This document shows, piece by piece, positions 40,304-50,709 of a stretch of DNA of 64,000 bases. How positions within the stretch are numbered: the stretch's first letter is position 1; every line of letters starts with the position of its first letter. The stretch covers positions 448,001 through 512,000 of the forward strand of contig CAWCBP010000008.1 in NCBI GenBank assembly GCA_963793865.1, read 5' to 3'. The stretch is from an uncultured delta proteobacterium (GTDB lineage Bacteria; Desulfobacterota; WTBG01). The position numbers and the translations under genes were made by a program. Below the pieces are notes generated by a model. The model saw only the letters and a program-made list of their open reading frames with translations. It did no database searches and was not told the origin of the DNA.

Positions 40304-41233
40304 CTACTCCCCGAACTGTTGCCGGGTGCTGTAATAGCGTTCCCCGGTGTCCGGGAAAATAACCGCCACTGTTTTCCCTCTTCCCAATGCCCGCGCCACT
40401 GCCAGCGCCGCACAGGCAGCCGCGCCTGCCGATATGCCCATGAAAAGACCTTCTTCTTTCGCCAGTCTTTTGGCCGTTTCATACGCATCTTCATCAGTTA
40501 CCGTAATAACCTGGTCAATGATGGCCGGATTTAATACCGCGGGGATGAAACCCGGCCCTATTCCCTGAATCCGATGGATTCCGGCTTTTCCTTTCGAGAT
40601 CACCGGAGAATCGGAAGGCTCGACAGCAACAATTTTAATCCCGGGGTACTGTTCCTTGAGCACCTCGCCTACGCCGGTGAGGGTGCCGCCGGTGCCCACC
40701 CCGGCCACAAAGGCATCGAGCCTGTCACCCATGGATTTGATTATTTCCCGGGCCGTTGTCCGGCGGTGTATCTCCGGATTGGCCTGGTTGTTAAATTGCT
40801 GGGGCATGAAGCTCCCCGGTATGTGCATGCTCAATTCCCTTGCTTTTTGAATGGCCCCGAGCATGCCTTCCTCACCGGGGGTGAGCACTACCTCGGCGCC
40901 GTAGCTTTCCAGGATAAATACCCGTTCCACGCTCATGGCATCCGGCATGGTGAGGATGAGCTTGTATCCCTTGACGGCAGCTACCATCGCCAGGCCGACA
41001 CCGGTATTGCCGCTGGTCGGTTCAATGATGGTTCCCCCGGGTTTTAAAAGACCCTGTTTTTCCGCATCCTCAATCATGCTCAGGCAAATCCGGTCCTTGA
41101 TGCTTCCCCCCGGGTTAAAGGATTCCAGTTTCGCATAAATATCCGCCGCGTCAGGGTCCGCCAGGCGGTTCAGCTTCACCATGGGCGTATTGCCTACGAG
41201 CTCCAGAATGTTTTCAGCCTTATCGTTATCCAT
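40304..41233 (-). CDS. cysK: cysteine synthase A
   Basis: NPGGSIKDR, EPTSGNTG, GVGTGGT, IQGIG, PDTGERY. Confidence 0.95.
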   Translation of the reverse strand: MDNDKAENILELVGNTPMVKLNRLADPDAADIYAKLESFNPGGSIKDRICLSMIEDAEKQGLLKPGGTIIEPTSGNTGVGLAMVAAVKGYKLILTMPDAMSVERVFILESYGAEVVLTPGEEGMLGAIQKARELSMHIPGSFMPQQFNNQANPEIHRRTTAREIIKSMGDRLDAFVAGVGTGGTLTGVGEVLKEQYPGIKIVAVEPSDSPVISKGKAGIHRIQGIGPGFIPAVLNPAIIDQVITVTDEDAYETAKRLAKEEGLFMGISAGAAACAALAVARALGRGKTVAVIFPDTGERYYSTRQQFGE

Positions 41234-41236
41234 ATG

Positions 41237-41617
41237 CTAGATCCCTTCGGCAATTTCGGTAAACGTTTCATCAGCCGTATCCGGTTCAAGCGGGAGGTAT
41301 CGTGTTGACATCCGGTAGGTAGTGGAATGTCCCGCCCTGTCCGTCAATATCCATTCAATGGTACCATCATCTATAATCCTGGGCCTGAGGGTTGCGCCGG
41401 TGTTGCTTATTTCGTAAGACAGAACGAGATCAATCGCCTCCTTGGGGCACACTTTTATGCAGCTGTAACAGTCCCAGCAATCCGCCTCGGAACGGAGCAC
41501 GGCCTTTTTAAGGTTGAAATCCTTGTAAATAAGATCACCCGGGCAGATTTTCATGCAGGGTGGCTGCTTGCTCAGCCGGCATCCGTCACACTTTTTTTTG
41601 TCTATTCTGATGGCCAT
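41237..41617 (-). CDS. aprB: adenylylsulfate reductase beta-like ferredoxin
   Basis: CDGC...CMKICPGDL, CWDCYSCIKVCP; directly downstream of aprA. Confidence 0.8.
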   Translation of the reverse strand: MAIRIDKKKCDGCRLSKQPPCMKICPGDLIYKDFNLKKAVLRSEADCWDCYSCIKVCPKEAIDLVLSYEISNTGATLRPRIIDDGTIEWILTDRAGHSTTYRMSTRYLPLEPDTADETFTEIAEGI

Positions 41618-41648
41618 GGTAACGCATCCTCAGAAAGTTCCATGTTTG

Positions 41649-43373
41649 CTACAGATTTTGTAAGAGCTGATCAGGATTATAACCCCGGGTAAAAACCCGG
41701 CTTTCTTCAGATCCATGCTCTCGCACTGAATTAAGAAAGCAAAGCCATTTGTCGTCATCACGCTCGGGGTAATCGACCCTGGTCTGGTAGGCGGGCCATC
41801 GCGTTTCCTTCCGGGCCTCAAGGTGCGCGATCACAACCCCGGCTATGTCGATCCGTTCACGTACTTCACGGCACAGATTGAGTTCGTGAAAATCGCGAGC
41901 CAGCAGATGCGCTGCATCAGCCTTCAATTCGCCCAGCAATCGTCGGGCGATTCCCAGCCTTCGCTGGTGAATTTCATAGAAGGTGTGGATGCCGCCCGCA
42001 TATTCATCCATCAGCTTTTGCAATTTAATTTCCATGGCATGAGGGAAGATACCGTCCTGTTTATCATGGTACCGATTGAGCGGTTTATAGATTTCTTCCG
42101 CTTCTTTCTCGATTTCCCGCTCGCTGATGCTGTCAGGCGTTGACGAAACGCTGTCCGAGAGGCAGGTGTGGGCGGCAATAAAACCCTCGACCCAGCAACC
42201 GCTTACGTATTTTTTGGGAGCCCCTCCCGCCACATCCCCTGCTGCGTAGAGTCCCGGCAGGGTTGTTCTCCTGTGGCGGTCCACCCAGTAGCCGCTTTGA
42301 GCATGTCCGCCGGTTATGTAAGGTCCGCTGGTTGCTATTTCGATGCCGACATCGGACAGGTCAATGTTGTTCGCCGCCCATTGCAGAACGAAAGCAGGGG
42401 ACATGTCAAGCAGGGTCATCTTTAAATCATGGATCTGTTCCGCGGTGAGATGATCCGTCTTGAAGTAAATAGGGCCCCTTCCAGCCTTTATTTCTTTCAG
42501 CATGTAATAAAGCCGTTCACAGGTGGTTGCCTTCCTGGTTGTGCCGAAGCCATAGCGCTGCTTAAGGTACACCTCACCTAAAATGTTGACCTGGGGAATC
42601 TTAAACGTTTGCGCAAGGACCCCGGTCGGGGTGGCTGAATCCTTGATGCGGGTGGGGATAAACCGCATCTCGAAACCGGTCATTTCCGCCCCGGCCCGGA
42701 TGCCCATGGCGTATCCCGCTCCGGTATTAAAAGGGCTGTACCACATGCGATGAGCGATTTCTCCCGTGTTGGCTGACCGGTAAATGCCGCTGGCTCCCCC
42801 GGTGGCAATAATAACTCCCCTCCCGGCAAAGACAGCGTGGAAATGACCGTTTCGCAGATTGAAACCGTAAGCACCGATAACCCTTCCCCGGCGAAGTATA
42901 AAACCCGTCGCGCTCACGTGGTTCAGGACGGTCACGGACGAATCCTTCACTTTTTTCGCCAATATGGGCTTGATGCTTTCTCCTTTAATGAGGATGCTGC
43001 GGGGTCCCTTTTGCAGCGGTTTGCCGTTTACCCGGACAAGGGGAAGTCCCCATGATTCCACCCGGGCAGTGGCGGCATTTACACCGCAGGCAATGGTATA
43101 GACGAGGTCATCACGGATCAGTCCATGTGAATCGGTTTTCACATATTCCAGATAGGACTCCGGCGTCTGGTCATCGGTTATGTAGGCGTTAATTGCGTTG
43201 ATGCCGGCTGCGAGACACCCGGACCGCTCTATCTGCGCTTTTTCCATGATGAGGATGCCGATGTCAGGGTCAAGCCGGCGAGCTTCAGCGGCAGCGGCGC
43301 AGCCTGCTGCTCCTCCGCCGATGATGAGCAGGTCAGTTGAAATTCGGGTGATGGTTTTCTGAAAAACAGTCAT
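41649..43373 (-). CDS. aprA: adenylylsulfate reductase alpha-like flavoprotein
   Basis: GGGAAG, RSGCLAAGINAINAY, IKGESIKP, WYSPFNTG, EMRF, GGH, RKETRWP. Confidence 0.88.
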   Translation of the reverse strand: MTVFQKTITRISTDLLIIGGGAAGCAAAAEARRLDPDIGILIMEKAQIERSGCLAAGINAINAYITDDQTPESYLEYVKTDSHGLIRDDLVYTIACGVNAATARVESWGLPLVRVNGKPLQKGPRSILIKGESIKPILAKKVKDSSVTVLNHVSATGFILRRGRVIGAYGFNLRNGHFHAVFAGRGVIIATGGASGIYRSANTGEIAHRMWYSPFNTGAGYAMGIRAGAEMTGFEMRFIPTRIKDSATPTGVLAQTFKIPQVNILGEVYLKQRYGFGTTRKATTCERLYYMLKEIKAGRGPIYFKTDHLTAEQIHDLKMTLLDMSPAFVLQWAANNIDLSDVGIEIATSGPYITGGHAQSGYWVDRHRRTTLPGLYAAGDVAGGAPKKYVSGCWVEGFIAAHTCLSDSVSSTPDSISEREIEKEAEEIYKPLNRYHDKQDGIFPHAMEIKLQKLMDEYAGGIHTFYEIHQRRLGIARRLLGELKADAAHLLARDFHELNLCREVRERIDIAGVVIAHLEARKETRWPAYQTRVDYPERDDDKWLCFLNSVREHGSEESRVFTRGYNPDQLLQNL

Positions 43374-43681
43374 GGGTTTCGATTGTGGCTCACCGATAAA
43401 ACGTTATGTATAGTAAGGGACTCAGCCCGATGTTGTTCCGCTTCGGTCGCAGGATCTGCAAGAATACTACTTTAAAAAACTTAAATTATTTCATTAAAAA
43501 AGTCAACTATTATTTTTTTATATTGTAATTATCTTTACTAATTTATGTTAGTATAGAAACACAATTTTCCCTCATTTTTACCGGGTTTCTCAATTCTGTT
43601 AAGCTGTTGTGCCATTTTTAATGCACAGCTGGTTGATCATTAACCGCTATCGGCAATCCCTCGAGCCGCTTATTTAAAATC

Positions 43682-43737
43682 CCGGTAGGAGCGCCTTCAG
43701 GCGCGATGCATGCGCGGCTGAAAATCGCACCTACCGG
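43682..43737. repeat. GTAG-type REP doublet (degenerate)
   Basis: CCGGTAGG...CCTACCGG ends. Confidence 0.55.
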
Positions 43738-43908
43738 TTGGTTATACATATTTCTGAGAGAAAAATTGTCACATTTGAGCCGCTACGAGTCTAACAAGTA
43801 TGCTTGTCATAGCAGGGGAGCGTGCCCAAATTCATCGGCGGGTTTCGGGGATTCAAGTGTTTTTTTCACGTGAGTCACTTGAACCCCCAATTTCGGAATC
43901 GTCGCTTT

Positions 43909-45543
43909 TTATCCCAGTATCGCCTTCAGATCCTCATCCGGCGTGATGATGGGCATGATGTTGAAGTTCTTCACCAGCACATCCAGCACTCGGGGTGATA
44001 AAGGCCGGAAGGCTCGGGCCGAGCCGGATGTTCTTAATGCCGAGGTGAAGCAGTGAAAGAAGAATGGCCACCGCCTTCTGCTCATACCAGGAGAGGACCA
44101 TCGAGAGGGGCAGATCATTCACGCCCACGTTGAAAGCCTTCGGCCAGGGCAACTGCGATCTGGATGGCCGAATAGGCGTCATTGCACTGCCCGATGTCGA
44201 GAAGCCTCGGGAATGCCGCCGATGTCTCCCAGGTCTTTGTCGAAGAAGCGGAATTTGCCGCAGGCAAGCGTGAGAACCACGCAGTCCTTGGGCACTTTTT
44301 CCACAAACTCGGTGTAGTAGTTCCGGCCCGGTTTTGCCCCGTCACAGCCGGCCACCAGGAAGAAATGCCGGATGTCCTTGTTCTTGACCGCCTCGATGAC
44401 CTTACCGGCAACGCCCATGACCGCGTTTCTGGCAAATCCGACCATGACAGACTTGCCGTTGTGATCTGCCGCGAAACCCGGGCATGCCAGCGCCTTCTTG
44501 ATCACCGGGGCAAAGTTCCTGTCCGTGATATGGGTCGCGCCGGGCCAGCCCACCAGGCCGCGTGGTAAAGATATTGTCCTTATATGATGTCTCTGGGCTT
44601 CTGAATGCAGTTGGTGGTCATCAGGATGGCGCCGGGGAAATCGGCGAACTCCTTGGTCTGATTCTGCCAGGCGGTGCCGTAATGGCCGTAGAAATGGGTG
44701 TATTTTTTAAGCTCGGGATAGCCGTGGGTCGGAAGCATCTCGCCGTGGGTATAGACATTGATGCCTTTGCCCTCGGTCTGTTTGAGAATTTCTTCCAGGT
44801 CTTTGAGATCATGGCCGGAAACGAGAATGGCTTTTCCCTTCTTCGCTCCCAGCGGTACCTTGGTGGGCACGGGATGCCCGTAGGTGCCGGTATTGCCGGC
44901 ATCGAGCAGCTCCATGGCCCGGATGTTTGATTTCGCCGCATTTCAGGGCAAGGCCGACCCAGTCATTCAGGGCCAGGTCTTTGTTCAGCGTTGCCGCCAG
45001 ACCTTCATGAATGAACGCATACACCGTTGTCGTCTTCCTGGCCGAGAATCCGGGCATGATCCGCATAGGCGGCCACACCTTTGATGCCGAAAAGCAGTTG
45101 TGTGCTGCAGGGAGAGAATATCCGGGTCAATGCTCGGGATCCGACTTCAAGCCGACCTTTTCCCCTGGTCATCAAACCGTCAAGGGTCTTTCGCAGGCTG
45201 AAAGTTGCCGGCCCTCGGGAAACGTCCACCTTCCCGCCGGCCGCTTTCACTTTCTCTTCAAGTCCTTCCCGCAATTCAACGCAGCTGTTGATCAGTTCCA
45301 TGAAACGCTTCGCATCAAAATCCACATTGGTAAGCGTTGAAAAGATGGCTTGCACGGTAAACGCATTGACCTCGCTTATCCGTGACGCCTACTTTGCGGC
45401 CCTCCACCGCAACCTGGGACAACCCCTTCACCGCATAGACCAACAAGATCCTGAAGCGCCGCCACATCCGGTTCTTTTCCGCATACACCGCCTTTGGTGC
45501 ATCCCTCGCCTTTTGCCGTCTGTTCACATTGATAACAAAACAT
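43909..45543 (-). CDS. hcp: hybrid cluster protein (many frameshifts: sequencing errors or pseudogene)
   Basis: [60 protein letters not shown] spread over many frames. Confidence 0.88.
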
Positions 45544-45660
45544 AGTTGATGTTCCCATAATGCTGCCTCCTTTACCTGTTGATGTTTGGGTTATTGATTA
45601 TAATCCTTGAATAGCGAGCCTTTTAAGGAATACTATAAATTATCGATGCGGAAATAAGCC

Positions 45661-45674
45661 TTGATTCAAGTCAA
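45661..45674. promoter_or_regulatory. FNR/HcpR-type box 1
   Basis: TTGAT-TCAA-GTCAA in the hcp/regulator divergent region. Confidence 0.75.
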
Positions 45675-45739
45675 GAAAATAAATATTTTTTTTATGTGCA
45701 GCACATGGCCTTTTTTGCCTGATATTCTTCCTGCATGCC

Positions 45740-45753
45740 TTGACGTGAATCAA
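45740..45753. promoter_or_regulatory. FNR/HcpR-type box 2
   Basis: TTGAC-GTGA-ATCAA. Confidence 0.75.
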
Positions 45754-45794
45754 CCCGGGTTGATACTTTCAAAGACGCAGCGATGAGGTGAAAA

Positions 45795-46484
45795 ATGGAT
45801 GTGCTGAAACAGCTGGCAGACATACCCCTGTTCCAGGGGCTGACACCGGAACACCATAAACAACTGGCGTCGATAGCGGTGCGGAAGTCTTTTAAAAAAA
45901 AGCAAACCATCTTTGCGGAAGGCGATGCCGGGGACGGATTTTACCTTGTCATTTCGGGGCGGGTCAAGGTGTTCAAAATCTCCCGCGAAGGAAAAGAGCA
46001 GATCCTGCACATCATCGGTCCCGGTGAACCGTTTGGCGAAGTCCCGGTATTCTCCGGGGCGCATTTCCCCGCCCATGCTCAGGCAATGGAAGAAATCAAA
46101 TCGTTTTTCATCCCGCGCAGGGCCTTTATTGATTTGATAAAAAAGAATCCATCCCTTGCCATGAACATGCTCGCCGTGCTCTCCGTGCGTTTGCGAAGGT
46201 TCAGCGCACTGGTCGAAGACCTGTCGTTAAAAGAGGTGCCGGGCAGGCTGTCCGCCTACCTGCTCTATCTCAGCGAAACCGGGGGCCGCTCACCGCATCT
46301 CACCCTGGATATATCCAAGACCCAGCTTGCCAGCCTGCTGGGAACCATACCGGAAACGCTTTCCCGCATTCTGGCCCGCATGAGCAGCGAGGAACTGATC
46401 GCCTCCCAGGGACAGCGCACCATCAAAATCCTTGATCGCGAGGGACTCAAAGAACTTGCCGGCGGCGCGCGCCGACTGGCATAG
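45795..46484 (+). CDS. Crp/Fnr-family regulator (HcpR-like)
   Basis: cNMP domain (GEPFGE) and HTH GTIPETLSR; divergent from hcp. Confidence 0.92.
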   Translation: MDVLKQLADIPLFQGLTPEHHKQLASIAVRKSFKKKQTIFAEGDAGDGFYLVISGRVKVFKISREGKEQILHIIGPGEPFGEVPVFSGAHFPAHAQAMEEIKSFFIPRRAFIDLIKKNPSLAMNMLAVLSVRLRRFSALVEDLSLKEVPGRLSAYLLYLSETGGRSPHLTLDISKTQLASLLGTIPETLSRILARMSSEELIASQGQRTIKILDREGLKELAGGARRLA

Positions 46485-46552
46485 TTGTCCCCGGGTTGTC
46501 CTTTCATTGAACCCCTTATTTCAATAATGATGAGAGGTTGTACCTGTAGTGC

Positions 46553-46574
46553 GGTTCGACAAAGTTGTCGAACC
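46553..46574. promoter_or_regulatory. palindromic enhancer candidate GGTTCGACA-AAGT-TGTCGAACC
   Basis: perfect 9-bp arms; motif recurs at 50139; sigma54-like TGGTAT-N5-TTGT at 46624-46638. Confidence 0.7.
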
Positions 46575-46702
46575 CATATGGGTGCCCTCTAGTTAATTTG
46601 TTGATTTTAAATGAATAAAAATATGGTATGATTATTGTAATGTATTAAGGCAGTACATTTCGACCCTTCATCCCTTATCAATAACAGGGAATTCGGAAAC
46701 CG

Positions 46703-47209
46703 ATGCGCATTATCCTGATTGTTCTTACAGTTCTGTTGATCATACCTGTTCGGTTTATCCGTGCCGATGAATATGTGCACGGGCGGGTGATATCTGCTAG
46801 TGGAAACAAGGGTAGGGTGGCCATAGGGGTGCCTCATAGACCTGGTGATGGGACGAAAAGGGGTTGGGGCAACCGCCGTTCTCCCCAATCATTGCGCGGC
46901 CGTCAGTTCCCGCCTGCTGTTAACGTCATGGACCGGCACCATCCGCCTGCTTATAGGGGGGTGCATCCGGGAGTCCTCGTCCAGGGTCCGGTTGATAAGA
47001 ACAGGGGAAAGGGTACCTCTTCCACCGTGCCGGGAAACGTCCTGCCGGTACCTCCCGAATCAGACATCAAGCACCACGACGATACGACCGGGGTACGTCA
47101 CCGTATCGGGCGGGAAAAGAAGCCGGGTATGAAGCAGGAAGCGCCTGCAGGCGGCAGCGGATCACATCGGAAAAAAGGAGGGGCCTCGGGTGGCCACCAT
47201 GGAAGGTAA
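46703..47209 (+). CDS. exported hypothetical protein with Gly/His tail
   Basis: signal peptide; DDTTGVRHRI; ends GGHHGR; overlaps the kinase start. Confidence 0.55.
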   Translation: MRIILIVLTVLLIIPVRFIRADEYVHGRVISASGNKGRVAIGVPHRPGDGTKRGWGNRRSPQSLRGRQFPPAVNVMDRHHPPAYRGVHPGVLVQGPVDKNRGKGTSSTVPGNVLPVPPESDIKHHDDTTGVRHRIGREKKPGMKQEAPAGGSGSHRKKGGASGGHHGR

Positions 47210-48779
47210 GAAACGGTTACCCCTGTGGGTAAGCAACGTGCTGGTTTTCGGTTTCCTGTGCGCGGTGGTCGTGGGTTATTTTGTATGGCAGATCCAGGCA
47301 ACGCGGGAGACATTTATCAGCAGGATGAAAGCGGTGACCGAGCTGGTTGCGCGCATCATTGAAGTGAATGCCCGGGGCGCCGTGCTGTCGCAGCAGACCA
47401 CCGAGGAAATATTGTTCACCTTTTTGGGGAATACCGCCCGGTTCGTGGACTACCTTGATAGCGTGGAACCGTTTAACACAAAAGAACTTACGGAGTTTGC
47501 CAAAGAGGTCCGGCTTTCCGGCATAAGCATTCTGAGAGCAGATTCGACGCAGGTGCAAGGGCCCGACAACTGGTATACAGAACCTTCGCCGGCGCTAGAG
47601 CAGGTACCGCGGCTGAACTATGACAAAAACAGGCACCTCTATATCTTCTCCTGGCCGCGGCAGGAAATAAAAGGCTGGGTGGTCGTGGGAATCGAAGCCG
47701 CAAAAATGGAATCCCTGCAGAAGCAGCTCGGATTGCCCAATGTGATAGAGGCCATTACCAGACTTCCCGGGATATCCTATATAAAAACGGCTTCACCGCA
47801 AGCGGACAGCCGGCCGAATACCCCGTCACCCCCGCTGATGATCGTCGAACGGGGTCGCATAACAGTTGCCGAATCAAAATTTCTTGTCGGTACACAGGAG
47901 ATTACCATCGGCCTGGACGCGTCGCCTTTAAGTGAGTCGGTTGGAAGCCTGTGGCGAGATTTCCTGCTCTTCAGCGGCGCGCTCGTATGCCTGGGGACGC
48001 TGCTTTCCTTCCTTTTATACCGGCAGCAGTCGCGGCACGTCGAAGCCATTCGGGCCTATGAAAGAAACATGTCCGGGCAGCGGGAGGATGCCGCTTTGGG
48101 CAGGGCGGCTGCTTCCATCGCCCACGAAATCAGGAACCCTCTCAATTCACTCAGCATGGGCTTGCAGCGCTTGCACATGGAGGCAAACGAGCTGAAGGAT
48201 GAGCACCGGCAGTTTATAGAAATCATGCTCGATGCCGTTCGCCGCACCAACAGCATTGTAACCGGCCTGCTGGACTATGCCTCTCCGCAATACAGTGCTT
48301 CGCAGGAGGTGAGGCTTGATCTGCTGGTCCAAAATATACTTCCCCTCTACCAGGCGCGATGCGCGCAGCAGGGGGTCACCCTTAAAACAGAGGTTGCCTG
48401 TAAAGATCCGGTCGCGGGAGACCCGGGACGCTTGAGCCAGGTGATAGAAAACATGCTCAAGAATGCCGTTGAGGCGCAGCCGCATGGCGGATTCATCGAC
48501 ATAGCCATCACGCGCACCGCCGCCGGCGTCATTATGGCCATGACCAACGGAGGATTTTCTCTTTCTTCGGAAGATGCCGAACGGATCACCGAACCGTATT
48601 TCACCACCAAGTCCTCCGGTACCGGTCTCGGTCTGGCAATAGCGCGGCGGATCATCACAGCCCACGGCGGCCACCTGCAGGTCAATCCGCGGCCGGGAAA
48701 CACCGTAACCATTCAGTTTCAACTGCCCCTATTTTCAAACAGTCACACATACCATAAGGACAGGTTGCACAGCTCATGA
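47190..48779 (+). CDS. membrane sensor histidine kinase
   Basis: two TM segments, IAHEIRNPL, NMLKNA, PYFTTKSSGTGLGL. Confidence 0.93.
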   Translation: MATMEGKKRLPLWVSNVLVFGFLCAVVVGYFVWQIQATRETFISRMKAVTELVARIIEVNARGAVLSQQTTEEILFTFLGNTARFVDYLDSVEPFNTKELTEFAKEVRLSGISILRADSTQVQGPDNWYTEPSPALEQVPRLNYDKNRHLYIFSWPRQEIKGWVVVGIEAAKMESLQKQLGLPNVIEAITRLPGISYIKTASPQADSRPNTPSPPLMIVERGRITVAESKFLVGTQEITIGLDASPLSESVGSLWRDFLLFSGALVCLGTLLSFLLYRQQSRHVEAIRAYERNMSGQREDAALGRAAASIAHEIRNPLNSLSMGLQRLHMEANELKDEHRQFIEIMLDAVRRTNSIVTGLLDYASPQYSASQEVRLDLLVQNILPLYQARCAQQGVTLKTEVACKDPVAGDPGRLSQVIENMLKNAVEAQPHGGFIDIAITRTAAGVIMAMTNGGFSLSSEDAERITEPYFTTKSSGTGLGLAIARRIITAHGGHLQVNPRPGNTVTIQFQLPLFSNSHTYHKDRLHSS

Positions 48780-50110
48780 AAATTCTTATCGTTGATGATG
48801 AAAGCTCACAGCGGGATCTGCTCAGGGGATTTCTTGCCAACCAGGGATATGACGTGCTGACCGCCGCTGACGGTGAAGAAGCGTTTTCCCTTTTCAGCCG
48901 TGAACCGATACAGCTGGCGATTTTGGATCACCGCATGCCGGGGCTGACCGGGGAGGAGGTATTAAAAAAACTGAAAGCCTTAAACCCCATGGTTCACGCC
49001 ATCATTATTACCGCATACGGAAATGTCGACACCGCCGTCACCACCCTTAAACTCGGCGCGGACGATTTTCTGGAAAAACCGGTAGATCTCTCCGTCCTTT
49101 TGCAGAAAATTCAGCAGATTGAGGGGCAGATTGTCATTGAAGAAGAGGTGGCGTCCGTTAATGAGGTTATAGAGACATCCACCCTCCCTCTCAAGATTAT
49201 TGCCCAGAGCCCTGCAATGAAGCGGGTCCTCTCGCTTGCGCGCAAAATGGCGCAAAGCTCATGGAGCGTGCTCATCGAGGGGGAAACGGGGACCGGCAAG
49301 GAGCTTCTGGCACACCTCATACATCTGCTCAGCCCGCGACGCGACAATGCCTTCATCGAGGTAAACTGCGCGGCCATACCCGAGAACCTTTTCGAAAGCG
49401 AACTCTTCGGACACGAGAAGGGATCGTTCACCGGGGCCATTGGCAGGCGCCGCGGACACTTTGAAATCGCCCACGGGGGAACCTTATTCCTCGATGAGAT
49501 TACCGAGATGCCGCCCGTATTACAGCCAAAGCTTCTCCGCGTGCTGCAGGAAAAGCGGTTTTCAAGAGTCGGCGGTGAGAGGCCGATTGATGTGGATCTG
49601 CGGTTCATCTCCGCCACCAATCGCAATCTTAAAAAGATGGTTGAGGACGGCACATTCAGGGAAGATCTCTACTACCGGATCAAAGTTCTGGAAGTTGAAA
49701 TCCCTCCCTTGAGACAGCGCCGCGAGGACATTCCCGAACTCATACAGCTCTTTTTAGACCGGTATTCCGCTCAGCCGATCCGCTTTTCCCTTGAAGCCAT
49801 GGACGCGCTGGTGAAGTACCCCTACCCGGGTAATGTGAGGGAATTGGAACACATCGTTCAGCGGGCAATAACATTCGCGCGGGGGCAATTGATTGCTCTT
49901 CCGGATTTGCCCGAGGAAATCAGGCATCATCAGGCGGCAACCCAGGGTACGCTCGCGGAAAATCTTGAAGCAATGGAAAAGAAGATGCTGCTTGAAGCGC
50001 TGGAGAAAAACAGCTGGGTGCAGACACGGGCGGCGGCATTTCTGGGAATCAGCGAAAGAGTACTCCGTTATAAAATGAAAAAATATGATCTCAAAAGCAC
50101 TCCTCAATAA
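48776..50110 (+). CDS. sigma54-dependent response regulator (NtrC family)
   Basis: receiver domain, GETGTGKE, FESELFGHEKGSFTGA, FREDLYYR, C-terminal HTH. Confidence 0.95.
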   Translation: MKILIVDDESSQRDLLRGFLANQGYDVLTAADGEEAFSLFSREPIQLAILDHRMPGLTGEEVLKKLKALNPMVHAIIITAYGNVDTAVTTLKLGADDFLEKPVDLSVLLQKIQQIEGQIVIEEEVASVNEVIETSTLPLKIIAQSPAMKRVLSLARKMAQSSWSVLIEGETGTGKELLAHLIHLLSPRRDNAFIEVNCAAIPENLFESELFGHEKGSFTGAIGRRRGHFEIAHGGTLFLDEITEMPPVLQPKLLRVLQEKRFSRVGGERPIDVDLRFISATNRNLKKMVEDGTFREDLYYRIKVLEVEIPPLRQRREDIPELIQLFLDRYSAQPIRFSLEAMDALVKYPYPGNVRELEHIVQRAITFARGQLIALPDLPEEIRHHQAATQGTLAENLEAMEKKMLLEALEKNSWVQTRAAAFLGISERVLRYKMKKYDLKSTPQ

Positions 50111-50138
50111 ACATTCCTCTTAGAATCCCTGGCACCAG

Positions 50139-50244
50139 TTCGACATAAGTGTCGAATTGCTTCCAAAATTGTCGAACCGCACCATCGTCCTGCTTTTTTA
50201 TCCCCTTGTTTTTGCTCAAGATATCCGGTTGGCACCAAACTTGA
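50139..50244 (+). promoter_or_regulatory. enhancer sites plus sigma54 promoter
   Basis: TTCGACA-TAAG-TGTCGAA (50139-50156), second half-site TGTCGAACC (to 50178), TGGCAC-CAAAC-TTGA (50230-50244). Confidence 0.7.
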
Positions 50245-50320
50245 TTATCATTCCAGCAGAAGTAATGAGATAAGAGTAAAGAATCCAATTTTCCAAACAA
50301 TGTAACCAGGAGGGCTAGAC

Positions 50321-50665
50321 ATGAGACAATTGATACTGAGCATCTTAATAATACTGTGTTGTGCCGGATCCGCGGTTGCATGTCATGACTGCGACCGCTA
50401 TTACGTGGATAGGGCCATTTATTATTGCCCTCCGGGTCCCCCTCCGGGCCCCCCGCCGCCTCCGGTTTATTACGCTCCGCCGCCCCCTCCTCCGTATGGA
50501 TACGGAGGGCCGCATTATGTGGATCACTACGGCCCGAGCGGCTTCAATTTTGCGGTCGGCTACAGCAGCGGCCATGGGCATGGTCATGGCAGAGGGCATG
50601 GCGGACACCATGGCGGCGGGCACGGGTATTCATTCAGCATCGGCGGTTTTGGTATCGGGAGATAG
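50321..50665 (+). CDS. small exported Pro-rich, Gly/His-rich protein
   Basis: signal peptide, CHDC, poly-Pro, GHGHGHGRGHGGHH; AGGAGG RBS. Confidence 0.75.
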   Translation: MRQLILSILIILCCAGSAVACHDCDRYYVDRAIYYCPPGPPPGPPPPPVYYAPPPPPPYGYGGPHYVDHYGPSGFNFAVGYSSGHGHGHGRGHGGHHGGGHGYSFSIGGFGIGR

Positions 50666-50709
50666 GTACCCTCTGCGCATGGTTTCAAAGTGAAAACAAG
50701 GTCTATTAC

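Noticed and set aside
43411..43460. SAM-I riboswitch-like AGGGACTCAGCCCGATG near aprA
   Set aside because: It lies on the strand opposite aprA and lacks the other SAM-I elements.
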